Shown here piece after piece: positions 1 through 13,989 of a DNA stretch of 64,000 nucleotides. Within the stretch, counting starts at the first letter, position 1. Each line of letters opens with the position of its first letter. The position numbers were made by a program, and so were the translations under genes. Source of the stretch: Rhynchobatus australiae (lineage: Eukaryota). The stretch is taken from positions 38,835,796 to 38,899,795 of the forward strand of contig JAUZTB010000098.1 of the NCBI GenBank assembly GCA_034780895.1, given 5' to 3'. Below the pieces are notes generated by a model that was not told the origin of the DNA, ran no database searches, and saw only the letters and a program-made list of their open reading frames with translations.

Positions 1-429
1 TGCTGCGGTCAGAAGTAATGGCAAAATGCAAAGGATCAGGTCATGGCAGTATTTAAATTCAATTTGCATACAGCTGCCAGTAACGGAGTGCTCGCTTCCA
101 AGCACCCTGACTCACTTCTGGAGGAAATGTTTGTAGTATATTTTAGAAATGAGTAGATCACATTTTCACCACAATTTCAACTTTTCTGAAATTGCTTAAT
201 ATTGCTTGAAACCAGAAGAACATCTAACCAATTGTACGCCATGCAAGAAGTGGGCATGCAGATACATTTTGCTGTGCTGTGAATTAACTATGCTCCAAGC
301 CTATCAAATGAGTAATTAAAGACACAAAATGCTGTATTGCTGCTCAGTGTTTAATTAAATCTAGAATCAAATCTCATGAAGCAAAACTTGGTACATTCCA
401 GAAATAATAGAAACCAGCAGACAACTTGT

Positions 430-1750
430 CACCATCTTCATAGGTTCATAAAGTTACACAATTCAGAAACAGGCCTTTCGGCCTATCTTGTCCATGCCAA
501 CCAACACTCTACCTAAGCTGAATCCGTTTGCCTGCATTTGGCCCAAATCCCTCTGAACTTCTCTTGCCCATGTACCTGCCCAAATGCCTTTCAAATATTA
601 TAATTGTACTTGTCTCTNNNNNNNNNNNNNNNNNNNNNNNNNNNNNNNNNNNNNNNNNNNNNNNNNNNNNNNNNNNNNNNNNNNNNNNNNNNNNNNNNNN
701 NNNNNNNNNNNNNNNNNTATGCTAATTCCCTTTGCCCCCATTTAGTCTATAACCCTTTCAGCTTTTCTTATCCATGTACCTGTCCCAATGCCTTCTGAAT
801 GTTGTAATTGTACCCTTCTCTGCCACTTCCTCTGGCAGCTCATTTCATTCTGCCCAACACCCTCTGTGTGGAAAAACGTGCCCCTCAGATTCTCTTTAAA
901 TCTTTCCCCTCTTACCTTAAACCTGTGCCTTCGAGTTTCAGACTCCCCTACCATGGGAGAAAGACTGCAGCTATCTATCCTATCTATGGCCTCATAATTT
1001 TATAAATTTTATAAGGTCACCCCTTGGCCTCCTTTACTCCAGGGAAAGAAGTCCCATCCTATCCAGTCTCTCTTTATAATTTAAGACCCGCAGTCCAGGC
1101 AGCATCTTTATGAATCTTTTCTGCACCCTCCCTAGCTTATCCACATCCTTTCTATAGTCTGGCAAGCAGAACTACACACATTACTCCAAGTGCAGTCTAA
1201 CTAACATTTTGTACAACTGTGCCATGAAGTCCCAACTCTGGTACACAATGCCCCAGCTGTTAAAGACAAGAATGTCAGATGCCTTCTTCACCACCCTGTT
1301 TACCTGTGTTGCCACTTTCAGGTAACTGTGCACAAGTACCCCTAGGTTTCTCTGTTCAACAACATTCCCAGGGCTCTGCCGTTCACTGTGCATGTTTTGG
1401 CCTGGTTTAACTTCCCAAAATGCATCACTTTGCACTTGTCTGTTCCATCAGCCATTCCCATGCCACTTTCCCAGTTGACTTAGATCCTGTTATAACCTTA
1501 GATGACCTTCTTCAATGTCCACTCTACCACCAATTTTGGTGTCATCTGCAAACTTACTAATCATGCCACCTATGTTCTCATCCAAAACATTAATATGTAT
1601 GAAAAACAACAGGTGACCCAGTACTAATCCCTGCAACACACCACTGATCATAGACATCCATTCTGAAAATCAGCCCTTCCCCACCACCCTCTGCCTTCTA
1701 CAGCCAAGTTAATTTTGCATCCAATTGGCCAGCTCACCCTGGACCCCATG
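430..1750 (-). mobile_element. Degenerate CR1-like (HER1-type) LINE 3' fragments, split by an N gap
   Basis: Minus-strand translation VEQRNLGVLVHSYLKVATQVNRVVKKASDILVF...LYKMLVRLHLE is the CR1 ORF2 C-terminal region (consensus DLGV.VH.SLK...QV..VVKKA.G.L.FI / LY..LVRPHLEY). CR1-type 3' tails lie at ~430-617 and ~720-1000. Confidence 0.9.
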
Positions 1751-2084
1751 TGTTCAATTCAATAATGCACAGGAATCCAAACTAGGTCCTGTTGTCATGA
1801 GGATGTGTACTCTCAGTACAAAAGTTTACCCAGGATGGATACACATTTTATCAACATTTAAAATGTCAACAATCTGATTTACTTATTTTTTCCCTTCTGT
1901 TCCCTCCCTATGTCTATCTTCTCTTCAGTATGATGATTTATGTTGTTGCCAATTCTATGGCCACGCCAATGGTACCATGGTACATTCCTGTATGATTGGT
2001 CTGGAGATTTAACTTCTTGTGGTTTATGAGGTCAGACAACTACACAATTGTTTCCAACCTGCTGGGAAAGGTAGTTGGGATTCT

Positions 2085-2200
2085 TTAGTGCTGTGGCAGG
2101 GCCCATGGGTACCATGTTGGCCTCATCAGCCACCTCAGACCCACAGAACTGGAGTAAGAAGCAAGGCGTCCTCGATCCCAAGTAATTTCCCAGGAAGAAG
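2085..2200 (+). mobile_element. RTE-clade LINE 3' end fragment
   Basis: ggcctcatcagccacctcagacccacagaactggagt (GLISHLR.HRTGV) followed by a gaagaag tail. The same motif recurs at ~6630-6720, ~20350-20430 and ~27620-27720. Confidence 0.7.
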
Positions 2201-3750
2201 TAAAAGCAGAATAGTTGTTTCTACAAATGATATGTTTGAAAGCTAGGTCAAGTTTTGCGTTTTTATCTGAAGCAATTTTTATAAAACCTGCAAGGCATTT
2301 GCACAAATTACAGGAGAACCAGGTAACTTCTGAATTTCATTTAGTATATGATAAGCAGCTCAGTGTCACTTCACCAAGTCTATTGTGAAAATCTCCTGAG
2401 TTCATTAGTTCTAATGTATCCAGTTCATGACAGCACAATGACCAAAGGACATTGCCAAAACAACAATAAAGGAAGTAAACCGATTTAACACCTCGCTTTA
2501 GTCAGAGAAAATTAGCTTTAGTGATTCATTTCAAGATGATTGGTATTTTATGTATCTCAAACATCTTTTATTGAAGATAATGTAATTAATAATAATGAAA
2601 TATATTCATTTACCACCACTCCAATCAGTTGAAATATTATGTGCAGTTGCGTACATCCCATTATAGAAATATGTTGGAGCTATTCTAAAGGTGCAGTAAT
2701 GATTATCAGGAGTGAGATATAGAGCTGAGTCTTTGCTCCCAAGAACATGTAGGGAGTTGTGTTAAAGGTTAAACTGGAAAATTCTGAAATATAAACTGAA
2801 CCTGTGCCCCTCTGGTTTTAATGCGGGTGAAGCAAAGTGTGGGCGGCTAGTCTACTCATGTGAAACAGATTAAATATTATAAAGCAGCAACACGATTTCA
2901 TTTCAACGTCTTTCTGTGTTAAACACTGGTGAAGTGTTTTTCCAGATGGTGGAAATGCCAACAACTGAAAGCAGACAAGAAGGGTCAAATCCATGATGCA
3001 ATTACATTTATTGTGTGTGGGACCCAAAGGCTCAGTTCTTCCCTCAGGCCCAACAAGTTACCCATAGACTAAACCCATCTGCTGACTGCTTCACCTCCAA
3101 CCCCCACCCCAATCGCAATTGGAAGCTCCCAATATCATCTGGGAGACCCCGATCTCCAACTCTCTGATCCCCCATCTTCTACTTCTTTTCATAACCTTTA
3201 GTCTTCCACCCAAAGACCTTCAACATACCAGCCATACCAAGTGACTATGTCAATCTCATTTAAAGGTGCCTTCAATTAAATTCTGTAGGACGTTTGGGAA
3301 AGCCTTCATCTGCATTTCTCAATCTCATAACAGCCATCCATTTTCCCATCGATCTCACCCCATCCTCACACACACCCCAGGGCATCACCTCAAACCATAA
3401 TTATAAACACAGACTTGAATTATCCTCATTGGCAGGTAAAGTTCCAGGATGTATTTTGTAGAAATTCCTGACACAAAGAAAAGTTTTGAAAGAACAAACA
3501 ACAAATTGCTGTTTGCAATATTTGGATTCATGATGGTNNNNNNNNNNNNNNNNNNNNNNNNNNNNNNNNNNNNNNNNNNNNNNNNNNNNNNNNNNNNNNN
3601 NNNNNNNNNNNNNNNNNNNNNNNNNNNNNNNNNNNNNNNNNNNNNNNNNNNNNNNNNNNNNNNNNNNNNNNNNNNNNNNNNNNNNNNNNNNNNNNNNNNN
3701 NNNNNNNNNNNNNNNNNNNNNNNNNNNNNNNNNNNNNNNNNNNNNNNNNN

Positions 3751-6140
3751 AGCCCCAGAGACTGAACACTGGAGATGCTTTGGCTATGAAGGGACCTTCA
3801 GAAATGTGGTACGGAAACAAATTCAAACCATTGTTCTGGTTTTCTTCTCCTCAGGGAAAAGATCAAAAACATGGAAGACCTGCTCCTGCTGCAGTCAGGA
3901 GGATTTGATGTTGAGGAAGAGCCTCAGTCTTTGCCTCAGAATCCTCCAAGATCATTTTCTGATCCAGAGTTTGCTCCAGAAGGCAGGATATGGTCACACT
4001 TCCTCTTCCAAGTTGTTCACAGGAATATTTCTTTCATAAGCATCCTTAAGAAAGAGGCTCAATAAAGTCCTTGCAACCGGACATATTGAGGATCTGCAAA
4101 TTCTTCTATGCCAGGCCATACAGGCCAGCTGGACCTCTTAGAACTTCCTGTCTTCTGTCTTATAGCAAGCAGGAGAGTATGGACCATCCCTGACCTCTGG
4201 ATGACCTGACAAAGTCCACCTAGTCCTTCAAAATGAAGTGGTGGCTTGCTGGCTCAGCTGTGCTTTCCTTTGTGTACAACACTATGTTTTGTCAGAAGCA
4301 GCAAGGGGAGAGGAAAGAGACAGGAAACTAGCAATCCATCTCACTGTTTAATGTGGTTTNNNNNNNNNNNNNNNNNNNNNNNNNNNNNNNNNNNNNNNNN
4401 NNNNNNNNNNNNNNNNNNNNNNNNNNNNNNNNNNNNNNNNNNNNNNNNNNNNNNNNNNNACTGTTTAATGTGGTTTGCAATGATCTGTCCAAAGATCACT
4501 GCTAAATGAGTCAAATCTGCTCTTGAGCTAGTGATACACGCAGGATAGATTGGCACCAAATCAGCAAGAAATTCTCTGACACCCTTGCACTGTTCACTAA
4601 GTCTTTTGTCAAATTCATCTGCGGTATTGTGGGTTTAATAGGAATGGTGATCCCAGGCAGCAGAGGCACTTGGATCAACTTCTCTCTGTAGGTGGTCAAT
4701 TTCGCCACCTTCTGCTCAGATTCAAATTTGATCCCCAGACTCGTCAGCATCTGAGACCAGTTTGAACTGGATTTGGGGGGGGAAGGGTGCAGAGTAAATC
4801 GTAAGGCCACCTTCTTTGTCAAGTGATCCTTTGACTCCTTTACTGTCAGCAATCAGCTGAAGATGCCGTTTATATCATGTGCAGGAGCCAGGGCATGCAT
4901 CAAGGACTGGGCGCCATAGACAGTCAAGTGAGGTAGACACTAGGATTGTGGGAGGGCGATACCTCTTGGTTGTGAGGAAGAAGCTCGTCATCAGGTGCAA
5001 GGTGCTCTTGGTATCGCTGTCCATGGAGGATGTAGTCCTTACCTCACTCCTGTGCTGCATCTATCACCCAAGCTACTTTCTATTTTATCTGGAGATTGCA
5101 AATGGAACACGTGTGCAGGGACTTGATGTATGAATCTCCAGAATAAAGTGGGATGCAGAGATAAACATTATCAATGAGGCGCACATATTCAAGACTAACT
5201 TTTTGTGTGGTTGTGTATTGTCCCTGGGATGCAAATTCCAAACATCCTGAGATATCTGGACATATCATGGCTTGGTATGGCAACTGCTCTGCCCGGGACT
5301 GCAAGAAACTACAAAGAGTTGTGGACACAGCTCAGCACATCATGGAAACCAGCCTCCCCTCCATGGACTCTTTCTATACTTCTCGCTACCTTGGTAAAGC
5401 AGCCAGCATAATCAAAGAACTCTCTCATCCAGACATTCTCTCTTCTTCTCTCTTCCATTGGGCAGAAGATACAAAAACCTGAAAGCACGTATCACCAGGC
5501 TCAAGGACAGCTTCTATCCCACTGTTATAAGACTATTGAATGGTTCTCAAGTACAATAAGATGGACTCTTGAACTCACAATCTACCTCGTTGTGATCTTG
5601 CACCTTATTATCTACCTGCACCGCACTTTCTCTGTATCTGTTACACTTTATTCTGCGTTCTGTTGTTGTTTTACCATGTTCTACCTCAATGCACAGTGTA
5701 ATGAATTGATCTGTAGGAATGGTATGCAAGACAGGTTTTTCATTGTACCTCGGTACATGTGACAATAATACACCAATTCCTATTCGAATTCTAACAGTCC
5801 AGATGTTTTTGCAAAGGATGGCTCTAGTTATATTGCCCTGGAACATTCACTTCAACTAGATTATCCTGTATCACCAATCCCTCATGGGAAAGATTACATA
5901 GGAAACCACTTTTAAGCAAGCAATGATCAATGTGGAATGCCTTTGAAACCTTGTCAGTAAAGGAAATAGTGGATCTTGTCAGATGGTTTCCTCAAGAAGA
6001 GTATCAAAGCCTTTTGCAGAATGCCTAATCACCTGAATATTCGCCAGGAACTTGCTTAGGTTATGGTGAGAAGGAATCCCTTGAGTCAGGTCCTTCATGC
6101 ACAGGCAGAGTCCCAGTGCCAACACATTCCACCTTCAAGG
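3751..6140 (+). mobile_element. Degenerate Tx1/L1-clade LINE ORF2, interrupted by a Rex/Babar insertion
   Basis: Plus-strand frames with stops and frameshifts give IPGSRGTWINFSL*V (cf. IPGSGG.QVKASLYMDD), LVSI*DQFEL..RVNRK, YFIWRLQMEHVCRDLMYESPE, and after 5800 RWFPQ..QNA*SPE..QELA*VMVRR..VRSFMH. All match fish Tx1 ORF2 motifs in the correct order. Confidence 0.8.
5245..5795 (+). mobile_element. Rex/Babar LINE 3' fragment nested in the Tx1 relic
   Basis: ISGHIMAWYGNCSARDCKKLQRVV (Rex1/Babar consensus ITAWYGNCSA.DRKKLQRVV). The 3' UTR ends ...ttttcattgtacctcggtacatgtgacaataata. Confidence 0.88.
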
Positions 6141-8599
6141 TGGCTGCAAATACATTTTTAGGGAAAAAGAACAAAATAGATTTTTTATTTACAGAGTGAT
6201 GTTCACAACCTCAGGATGTTCCCATTTGATGTACCTTTGAAGTGTGCAAATGACAATAACTAGAGAATATGAAATTCAATAATTGATTGAAATTTAAATG
6301 TTGGCCTGGATTCCAGGGATATTCCCCCAAGAAACTGAGTTGAATCATACTGAGATTATTTTGCTAGCAGTTTGGAATGGAAATACTGGCTGAGGGTTTG
6401 TTGCGGATTAGTGTGCTTGTGACTTCCATACATGTACATTGAAGTACAGATCAAATGCCAAGTCCAGGTGTGGTTACACATCAACCTGATCTGAGGGCCC
6501 AGATTCTCTTTCTGTCTTGTCATCACTGGCATTTCTAGTGCCCTTGTGCCCCACCCAACCACCCAACTGCCCCAACAGCCCCCCACCCCCCCTANNNNNN
6601 NNNNNNNNNNNNNNNNCAGTTCCCATTTGGCCACATTAGCCACCTCAGAACCCCCAGAAGTGAAGTAGGTGCGAGTCATCCTTGATCCCATATGGCTGTC
6701 TATAAAGAAGAGGAATCCAATGTCATCCCCTTTCATTTGAATGGAGGCACCAACCTTTGTTAAAAAAATATTAGCTAAGTTTTATATTTACTTTTCTTCA
6801 GTGGACTGCGTATTAATGTTTTCAAATCTTTCATAGCAGATAATATGTTTTGTAAATATCTAATACTTTTAATTGTGTAAATGAGGTTTAATTGGCATCA
6901 AAGACATTTAGAAATGATTGAAAATGCCTTTGACAGTACAACAAAAGGCCATCAGGATGGTCTGGAGATTGGGCTTCAGGTTCTCCCACCCGAAACCTAG
7001 GCGCTGCTCATGAACTTTTCTGTTTCATGAGATGGACACAGCAAGAAGACATCAAGAGTCATGTGGTTGCAGAAATTTGAAGCCAGTTCAATATAATGCT
7101 TCAGAGCAGACTCAAGGCAGGGGCCTTGCTAATACAATTCAGAAAATGGGATCCTTTATTTCTAACTGTGAAGATATATAGCCTGATTTTTAGCATCTCA
7201 CAATATAGTGCTGGCATGTCTCTACATTTTCTTTTATTCAAATGTCTGGAGTAATACTTGAACCTAAAGTTAAGAATGCTACCAGAAAGCCACGACTGAC
7301 ATTGAGTGTACCAAATAATATAGCTGAACCTTTTAAAATGTAGAGTCAATTAAATGCCACTTCCTTGAAGACTTTTCTCCCATTGCCTCACCAGGCTCAG
7401 CCCCTGCCTTTNNNNNNNNNNNNNNNNNNNNNNNNNNNATGAATCCTTACCAAGAAGGTAAGCAGAAATTTTCAGACGGTTAATATCAAGAGCTGTAACT
7501 GTGAGTCTGGCTAAAATTTAATGCACAAGTACTTTAGACGTTTAGACCTTTTAAAGGTAAAATCAATAAAAGTTGGGAGAAACAAACTCAAAGCAAGTGA
7601 CTTTCCCAAAGTGTTGCCCAATCTACTTTATAATATACATACTTTAATCAATTGTGAAAGAAGTTGGATAGGCTTGAAAAAAAATTGTTTTGTTGATTGT
7701 GTAAAAGGAAAGCTAGTGGATTGCACCGATTATGTGGCTCTTGTAATACTCCTGCTTCTTGTTAATTGCAATAACTATAGAAAGTGACTAAACAGAAATC
7801 CTCAGTCCTGGCATTGAAATTTGTTACATCATTTGAAATTACATGCCAGGTGTTATATGTGGAGTGGTGATAAATGTCACAAGAATATGATCATATTCCT
7901 CACTTTGCTGTTTCTTGCAAAAGTGTGCCTATTCACAACTTCCAAATGTAGTGCCGCTATCTCAGCTCTGGCCTTTCACAGAATTTATTCCCATTTANNN
8001 NNNNNNNNNNNNNNNNNNNNNNNNNNNNNNNNNNNNNNNNNNNNNNNNNNNNNNNNNNNNNNNNNNNNNNNNNNNNNNNNNNNNNNNNNNNNNNNNNTTT
8101 ATTCCCATTTAATTTCCTTCCATGGTTGCAAGTCTTCTGCTGCACAGTAAACACTTCCCACTCATTTCAGTTTTCTTGCCTTACACATCTTTTGAACATG
8201 AGCAGTATTTCTGATCGTCCAACATAAACCCGAATCAGCAATGATTAGTGTGTTTAATTTGCCATCTATTATCAGTTTATATGACAATTCACATCTTGCT
8301 TTTGGAAAAGGATGTGCAAAGTGGAAACAGAACCAACTAAAGAAAGCCACTTTGTTATTCCTGATATCCGAAAGGGAACTGCAACAAGGGGCTTGTGCGG
8401 GAATTCAAATTCGTCAGCTTATATGAAATAAACATGTACAAAGTACATGACAACATTTTGATGGTTATTAGGGAAACCTGCACCTTTTCCTCCTCCTCTT
8501 CATCCCTGCAGCTCTCAATCTCCCCTCTCCCCCACCGGCCCCCCACCACAACTCGGCACCCATGCACACTTCTGACTTTAACCAATGTTCTGAGAAATC

Positions 8600-8950
8600 A
8601 CTCAGAGGTTCAAGAACTGGAGTTGTCAAAATTTAGAAACAAAGTTAGTAAGAAACAGGTATTCTGACCCTTAAATTTAAAAAAGCTGCCATTATTTAGA
8701 CACACGCATAAAAAAAACAAGAGAAATTTTCTGAGAAATTTCATCTCTGGGTTTTGAATCTTTGTAATTCACTACTCCGAGAGCTATAGATGCTGAGTAA
8801 TTGGTATATTGTAGGCTGAGATAGATAAACTATTAGACTAATGGGGAATCAGAATAATAGGCATCAAGTAGGAAAGTGGATCTGAGACCAAGAACAGATC
8901 AGCTGTGATCTCGAGGAGCTGCATGCCTTCTTTCTTATCTTCTTACATAC
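8600..8950 (+). mobile_element. CR1-like LINE 3' fragment
   Basis: aggctgagatagataaactattag...gtaggaaagtgga...gatcagctgtgatc matches the CR1 3' end seen elsewhere in this window. Confidence 0.6.
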
Positions 8951-9399
8951 AGAAACCATTGATTTTGACTCACATTAATTGCAGTGTAGAATTCATCACT
9001 CTGGAAGAGCAGCTTGCAGAAGGAGTACATGGAATAATTGAAGGTGTCCCCGAAGGAATGTTATTTGGAGGCTCTGAAAGTGTGGCAAATGAAGTATGGC
9101 AGAGATGGGGGAGTAATGGGCTATGCCCAGGAGAACTGATCATCTGAGTGAATACTTAATTAAGGATACAAAAATGATAGAGGATACAGAAGGAGGATTC
9201 AACAAGGTCATGGACAATGATGCATGTCGAGGTTAAGCATGATTGGTGAATGTGGACAGAATAGGTGTCAGCCAATAGATGGCCAATAATGGTTCAACTA
9301 TTTCGGTATTATTTTTAAAAGCAAGTACAGTGGCTGTTGAAGTATTTTCCACTGAAAGAGGATGGTTGTTTGTAGTCTTGATTTAAGATATGTCATTTA

Positions 9400-9861
9400 T
9401 TACAAACTTACAAATTAGGAAATGGAGAAAGCCACTAAGATTATGATCTGATTCAAACATCAACTCTGCATTCTCAGTTATCCCCAGTAACCTTTCACCT
9501 CCTTCTTTGCTTATCAAGAATCTATCTACCTCTGCCTTAAAAATAGTCAAACACTTTGCTTCCACCACCCTTTGAGGAAAAGATTTCCAAAGACTTGTGA
9601 CCTTCTAAGAGAAAAACATTCACTTCATCTGCTAAATTGGTGACCCCTTACTTTTAAACAGTGACTCTTGGTTCTAGAATTGTTTCTACATTCGCTCTGT
9701 TATACCCTCTAAGGATCTATTTTTGTTTTGTTTCAATCTTCTTATCTCCAGCAGATACAAGCCCAGCTTTCCAATCTTCCCTCATAAGACAACCAGACCA
9801 TTACAGGCATCGGTCTAATAAACCCTCCTTGAATTGCTTCCAATGCAATAACATCTTTCCT
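9400..9861 (-). mobile_element. CR1-like LINE 3' fragment
   Basis: Minus translation VVEAKCLTIFKAEVDRFL is the CR1 ORF2 terminal motif. Confidence 0.8.
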
Positions 9862-11879
9862 NNNNNNNNNNATTAAACCAATGGTTTTCCCAATTCTGCT
9901 TCATTAATTGACTTTGATCTTGAAATGGCCATTAATGTTAATAGTTCAAAATCTATTATATTTTGATGTGTTCCGCATAATGTCCCGCCATTGGCAATTG
10001 CAAAAGAAAACTTGATTCAATATCCAGTGGTACCTAAACCTCAAACTTTAGCCATCAGAAAGTTCATTTCATGAGATTCAAAATATATTGCGGATCCATC
10101 ACGGTTTCAGCAGAGTAAATATGGCACAGTATTGTAATGTTAACCTCTCTTTCCTTTTTACCAGTTTTCACAGATCTGCTATTTCTAGACCTTTCTGTTT
10201 AACTTCAAACATAAGAAACCTGAAACTTTTCTTATCACTTTCAAGATTGTCATTCTGAAATATTAGATTATGGCCAGAAATTACAGTTCTTTAATAAAAG
10301 CTCTACTGGCTGCCTTGTTTATTATGATATATGTTAGATTAGCTGATCAACTTTTTACCCTATTTCATTCCTGAATTATAAGCAATTCACAGCTATATGA
10401 AGTTTAACTGATCTCCATGAAGGATCAACTAAACCTTGTAAAATTGCACTCTTGAGCATCCAGTAGGCTTTATATTTATTGGAATGTTAGCCCCATTATT
10501 CAGTGAAATTATTTTGAAATCTATTCTGTTGTAACAGAATTATAAATCAAACTGATCAAATACAAAGAAAAATATAAACCACAAAAGAAGAGAATCTGTC
10601 TATGGTTATTAATAACTTAAATTTGTTTTGGTTGCTGAATTTATGATGACAGTTCTAAATTATGGCTGGTGGAAATTTCCTTCCAGGGCCCATTTATATC
10701 AGCTTCTTCCCTTATGGAAACAACAGTAGCCTTTATATGTACTGAAGGTAAATACATTACTTTAATATTTATGTATACTGAGGTAGATATTCAGAGAATC
10801 ATGGAAATGTTTGGCACAGAAGGACTCCATTCAGTCCGCAGATCCCTGCACATCAAAAATGGAACAAGTTGCACTCACTTCCCAGATGATGTTCCATCAC
10901 CCTGCAAGTTACAACTTTTCAGGTATTCATTCACACAGCTTTTAGCTGTGCTGAGGGGTTCTGTCTCCACCATTCTTTAAGGTAATGAGTTCCAGACCTT
11001 TACTACTCATTGACTGAAACAGGTTTTTCTCAACTCCCATCTAATCCTTTGACCAATTTACTTATATCTATAGCCCCTGTTAATGACTTCGTCTGAGGCC
11101 TTTGTTGTTTAATACACACCAATTAAATTAAAATGTTAACTGCCAGATTTATTGAGGCTAGAGAAACCCTACCCAAAGTAGATACAAATAAAATGTTTGT
11201 TTAATAAAGGCATCTCCATAATAGGTTTCAATAACAGTGATTCCTCTCCTGATTTAAAATTGGAGGTGGCACGTAGACTCTACTGGTTGGCTCGTGTTAG
11301 AAATTTATAACATTTTCCCCATCCCCCACCCTAAGTTCACTTGTGCACCTTTAGATTCAGTCTAGATTCTGCATTGTGGCAGGTGGCCCTGAGATTTCAT
11401 AGTGATTGTTTTGCCCTGCGTTGCAAGGCCAAGACCTCTGCCTGCTGATCCATTCCAAAGACGACTGCACTGTAAATTGCAGGGATAAATCAATTTGGAA
11501 AGGTGCTGGCATTGGCTGAGTACTCTTCACTCACTGCCAACTGCAGATAAGCAATGAGAACAGTGCAATGATTTGTTTGGGCCATGTACTGTAAAGACAA
11601 CACTCCCTTTTCCTCCTGACCTATCTGGGCATGAAACACACCGTTTGGTCTCTAAAATCAGCCTGCACACTGGACTCTAGTTAAGGACGTCAACAATGTA
11701 AAATTTGTATTGTACAATATGAATTGCCATGTTCTTAAAGGGAAATATTTGAATGCAGTACTTTATAATCCTCTCCATTGTAAGATGGTGAAGTGAGCAG
11801 ATCTATTTCTTTAACTGTCTTGTCAGCCTCAGACATAAGCATTAACCCCTGACTAATCATGGCAATTAAACCTTATCGC

Positions 11880-13445
11880 AGAGTCATAGAATGATGAGCA
11901 CAGAAGGAGGCCGTCAGGCCCATTGACCCTCCACTCAGTTCCTTGATGGCTATCCACTTAATCCCAGTCCTCTGACATTTTGCCAAAGCCTGGCAAATCT
12001 TTTTTCCATTATATGTATCCAGATGCCCCTTGAAGACTACTATTGAATCTGATCTCCCACCTTTCAAGCAGTGCTTTCTAACTGACAGCAATTTGCATTG
12101 AAAAAAAAAGTTTCCCTATGTTATTTCTGATTCTTTTGCCAATCATCTTAAATCTGTGTCCCTTGGTTACTGACCCTTCTGCCTCTGGAAACAATTTCTT
12201 CTTATTTATTCTATCAAAATTAATCATGATTTTGAACACTTCTGTTAAATCTTAATCTTCCCTGCTCCAAGGACAACAACAATAGTTCTCCAGTTTCTCC
12301 AGGCAACAGTAAAGTTTTTCATCCTTGGATCATTCAAGTAAATCTTTTCTAATTCTTTTCCAAGTCCTTGCCATCTTTCCTAAAGTGCAGTTTTCATATT
12401 TGCACACAATACTCAAGCCCCTCAGGTGCCAAGCAGCATTTTGCATCACTTCCTTGCTTTTATACCCTTTTCCTTATCTGTTCCCCAGCTTCAAGGATTT
12501 ATATATTTATACCCCAGGTTTCTCTGTTCCTGCATTGATTTATAATTTTATTGGTTAGCTCTCTATATTTTACTGACAAAGGGTCTTTGACCTGAAACAT
12601 TAACAGTATTTCCCTTTCCTGATTGATTTGCTGAGTCTTTCCAGAATTTGCTGTTCTTTTCTCGTATTACCAGCATCTGCAGTTTTTAAATTTTTTTTAT
12701 ATATCCTGTTGAATGCTTTTCTTATTATTAGCTCCATTTCCAAGGTTTGCATCAAATGCAAAGTTTGATATTATTATCCTCTATATCCATATCCAGATCA
12801 TNNNNNNNNNNAACATATCTCCTGAGCAATGAATCAAACCCACTTTATCATACCTTTCAGTCTGAAAAATATACATTTACCACCACTTTCCACTTTCTTT
12901 CCTTTAGTTAATTCTGCATGTGTGTTGCAACTATCTGTTTTAATCTGGTGGGCTTCAGTTTTTTTCATTCTTATTATATGTTAGCTTTTCAAATGCTTCT
13001 TCAAGACCACGGTAGCGTAGTGGTTAGCATGATGCTATTACAGCACCAGCGATCGGGATTCGATTCCCATCTCTGTCTGTAAGGAGTTTGTACGTTCTCC
13101 CGTGTCTGCGTGGGTTTCCTCCGGGTGCTCCAGTTTTCTCCCACATTGCAAAGATGTCCAGGTAGGTTAACATGGGTTTAAAATGGACTCATTGGGCCGG
13201 AAGGGCCTGTTACCACGCTGTAAATAAAATTTAAATAAATAAATAAATAAGACCACATGCTTAAATCTATGCACTAGCATCATCAATTCTGTCACTTCAT
13301 CAAAAATGCAATTAAGTTAGAGAAACATGATTTGTTTCTCACAAGTCCATGATAACTCACATTTATTAGCTCATAGTTTTTCAAATGCCGAGTATTTTTT
13401 CCAGGGGTTTGCCTGTAAGGTTTCCCTACCATTGAATCCAAGCAG
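11880..13445 (-). mobile_element. Decayed CR1-like LINE carrying nested short insertions
   Basis: CR1 3' tail at 11880-11990 (gtcatagaatgatgagcacagaaggaggcc...) and SDSIVVFKGHLD on the minus strand. A Penelope-type short repeat at ~12570-12690 and the SINE at 13011 interrupt it. Confidence 0.7.
13011..13250 (+). mobile_element. tRNA-derived V-SINE (HE1-like) with CR1-type tail and 8-bp TSD
   Basis: A-box ggtagcgtagtggttagc, B-box gggattcgattccc, V-domain gagtttgtacgttctcccgtgtctgcgtgggtttcctccgggtgctcc, tail gggccggaagggcctgttacc + (TAAA)n. Direct repeat aagaccac at 13003-13010 and 13249-13256. Confidence 0.92.
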
Positions 13446-13989
13446 CCTACAACACCTTCAGTTATAATGTAATGAAAACTTCAGTGTGGAGAGATTAAGA
13501 AACTGTAGGTCCATAGTCACAAGTGTTCCTCTCAATTGATCACACTTTATAAGTCATGTATTCTGTTACTCACTTATCATTTCCCATGTTTACTTTCTGA
13601 AAGAAACCCACTTAAATTGCATTTAAATAAACTGCTTCCATAGTCTATCTGAGGAGCTTGCCCATATATTTATCTGTAGTCATCTTCAGTGCTGGGTGTT
13701 GGTGACGGTTGAGGGAAATGGCTGGCAGAATTAGAAGAAGAAATCTAAGAAAGGGAAACTGGATATGATCAGGGAGAATGGTGGATATAGAGCAAGGAAG
13801 CATTCAGATTGAAAGATGGTTCACTGCAATCAGAAGCAGGAGGCACAGGTATTTCCCCAGCAACAGAGAGGAAAGAAACCATGGAAATAGGGCCAAGAAG
13901 GGCAGCAGGAATGCTGTCGGGACAGACAAGATCATTAATTCCAGTGCTTTAAGCACCTAATCACTTCCTTTCACATTGCCCTGCTAATG

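Noticed and set aside
13011-13080. tRNA-like A/B-box sequences (also at 26240 and 41834)
   Set aside because: These are SINE heads followed by the V-domain and a LINE tail, not complete tRNA cloverleaves.
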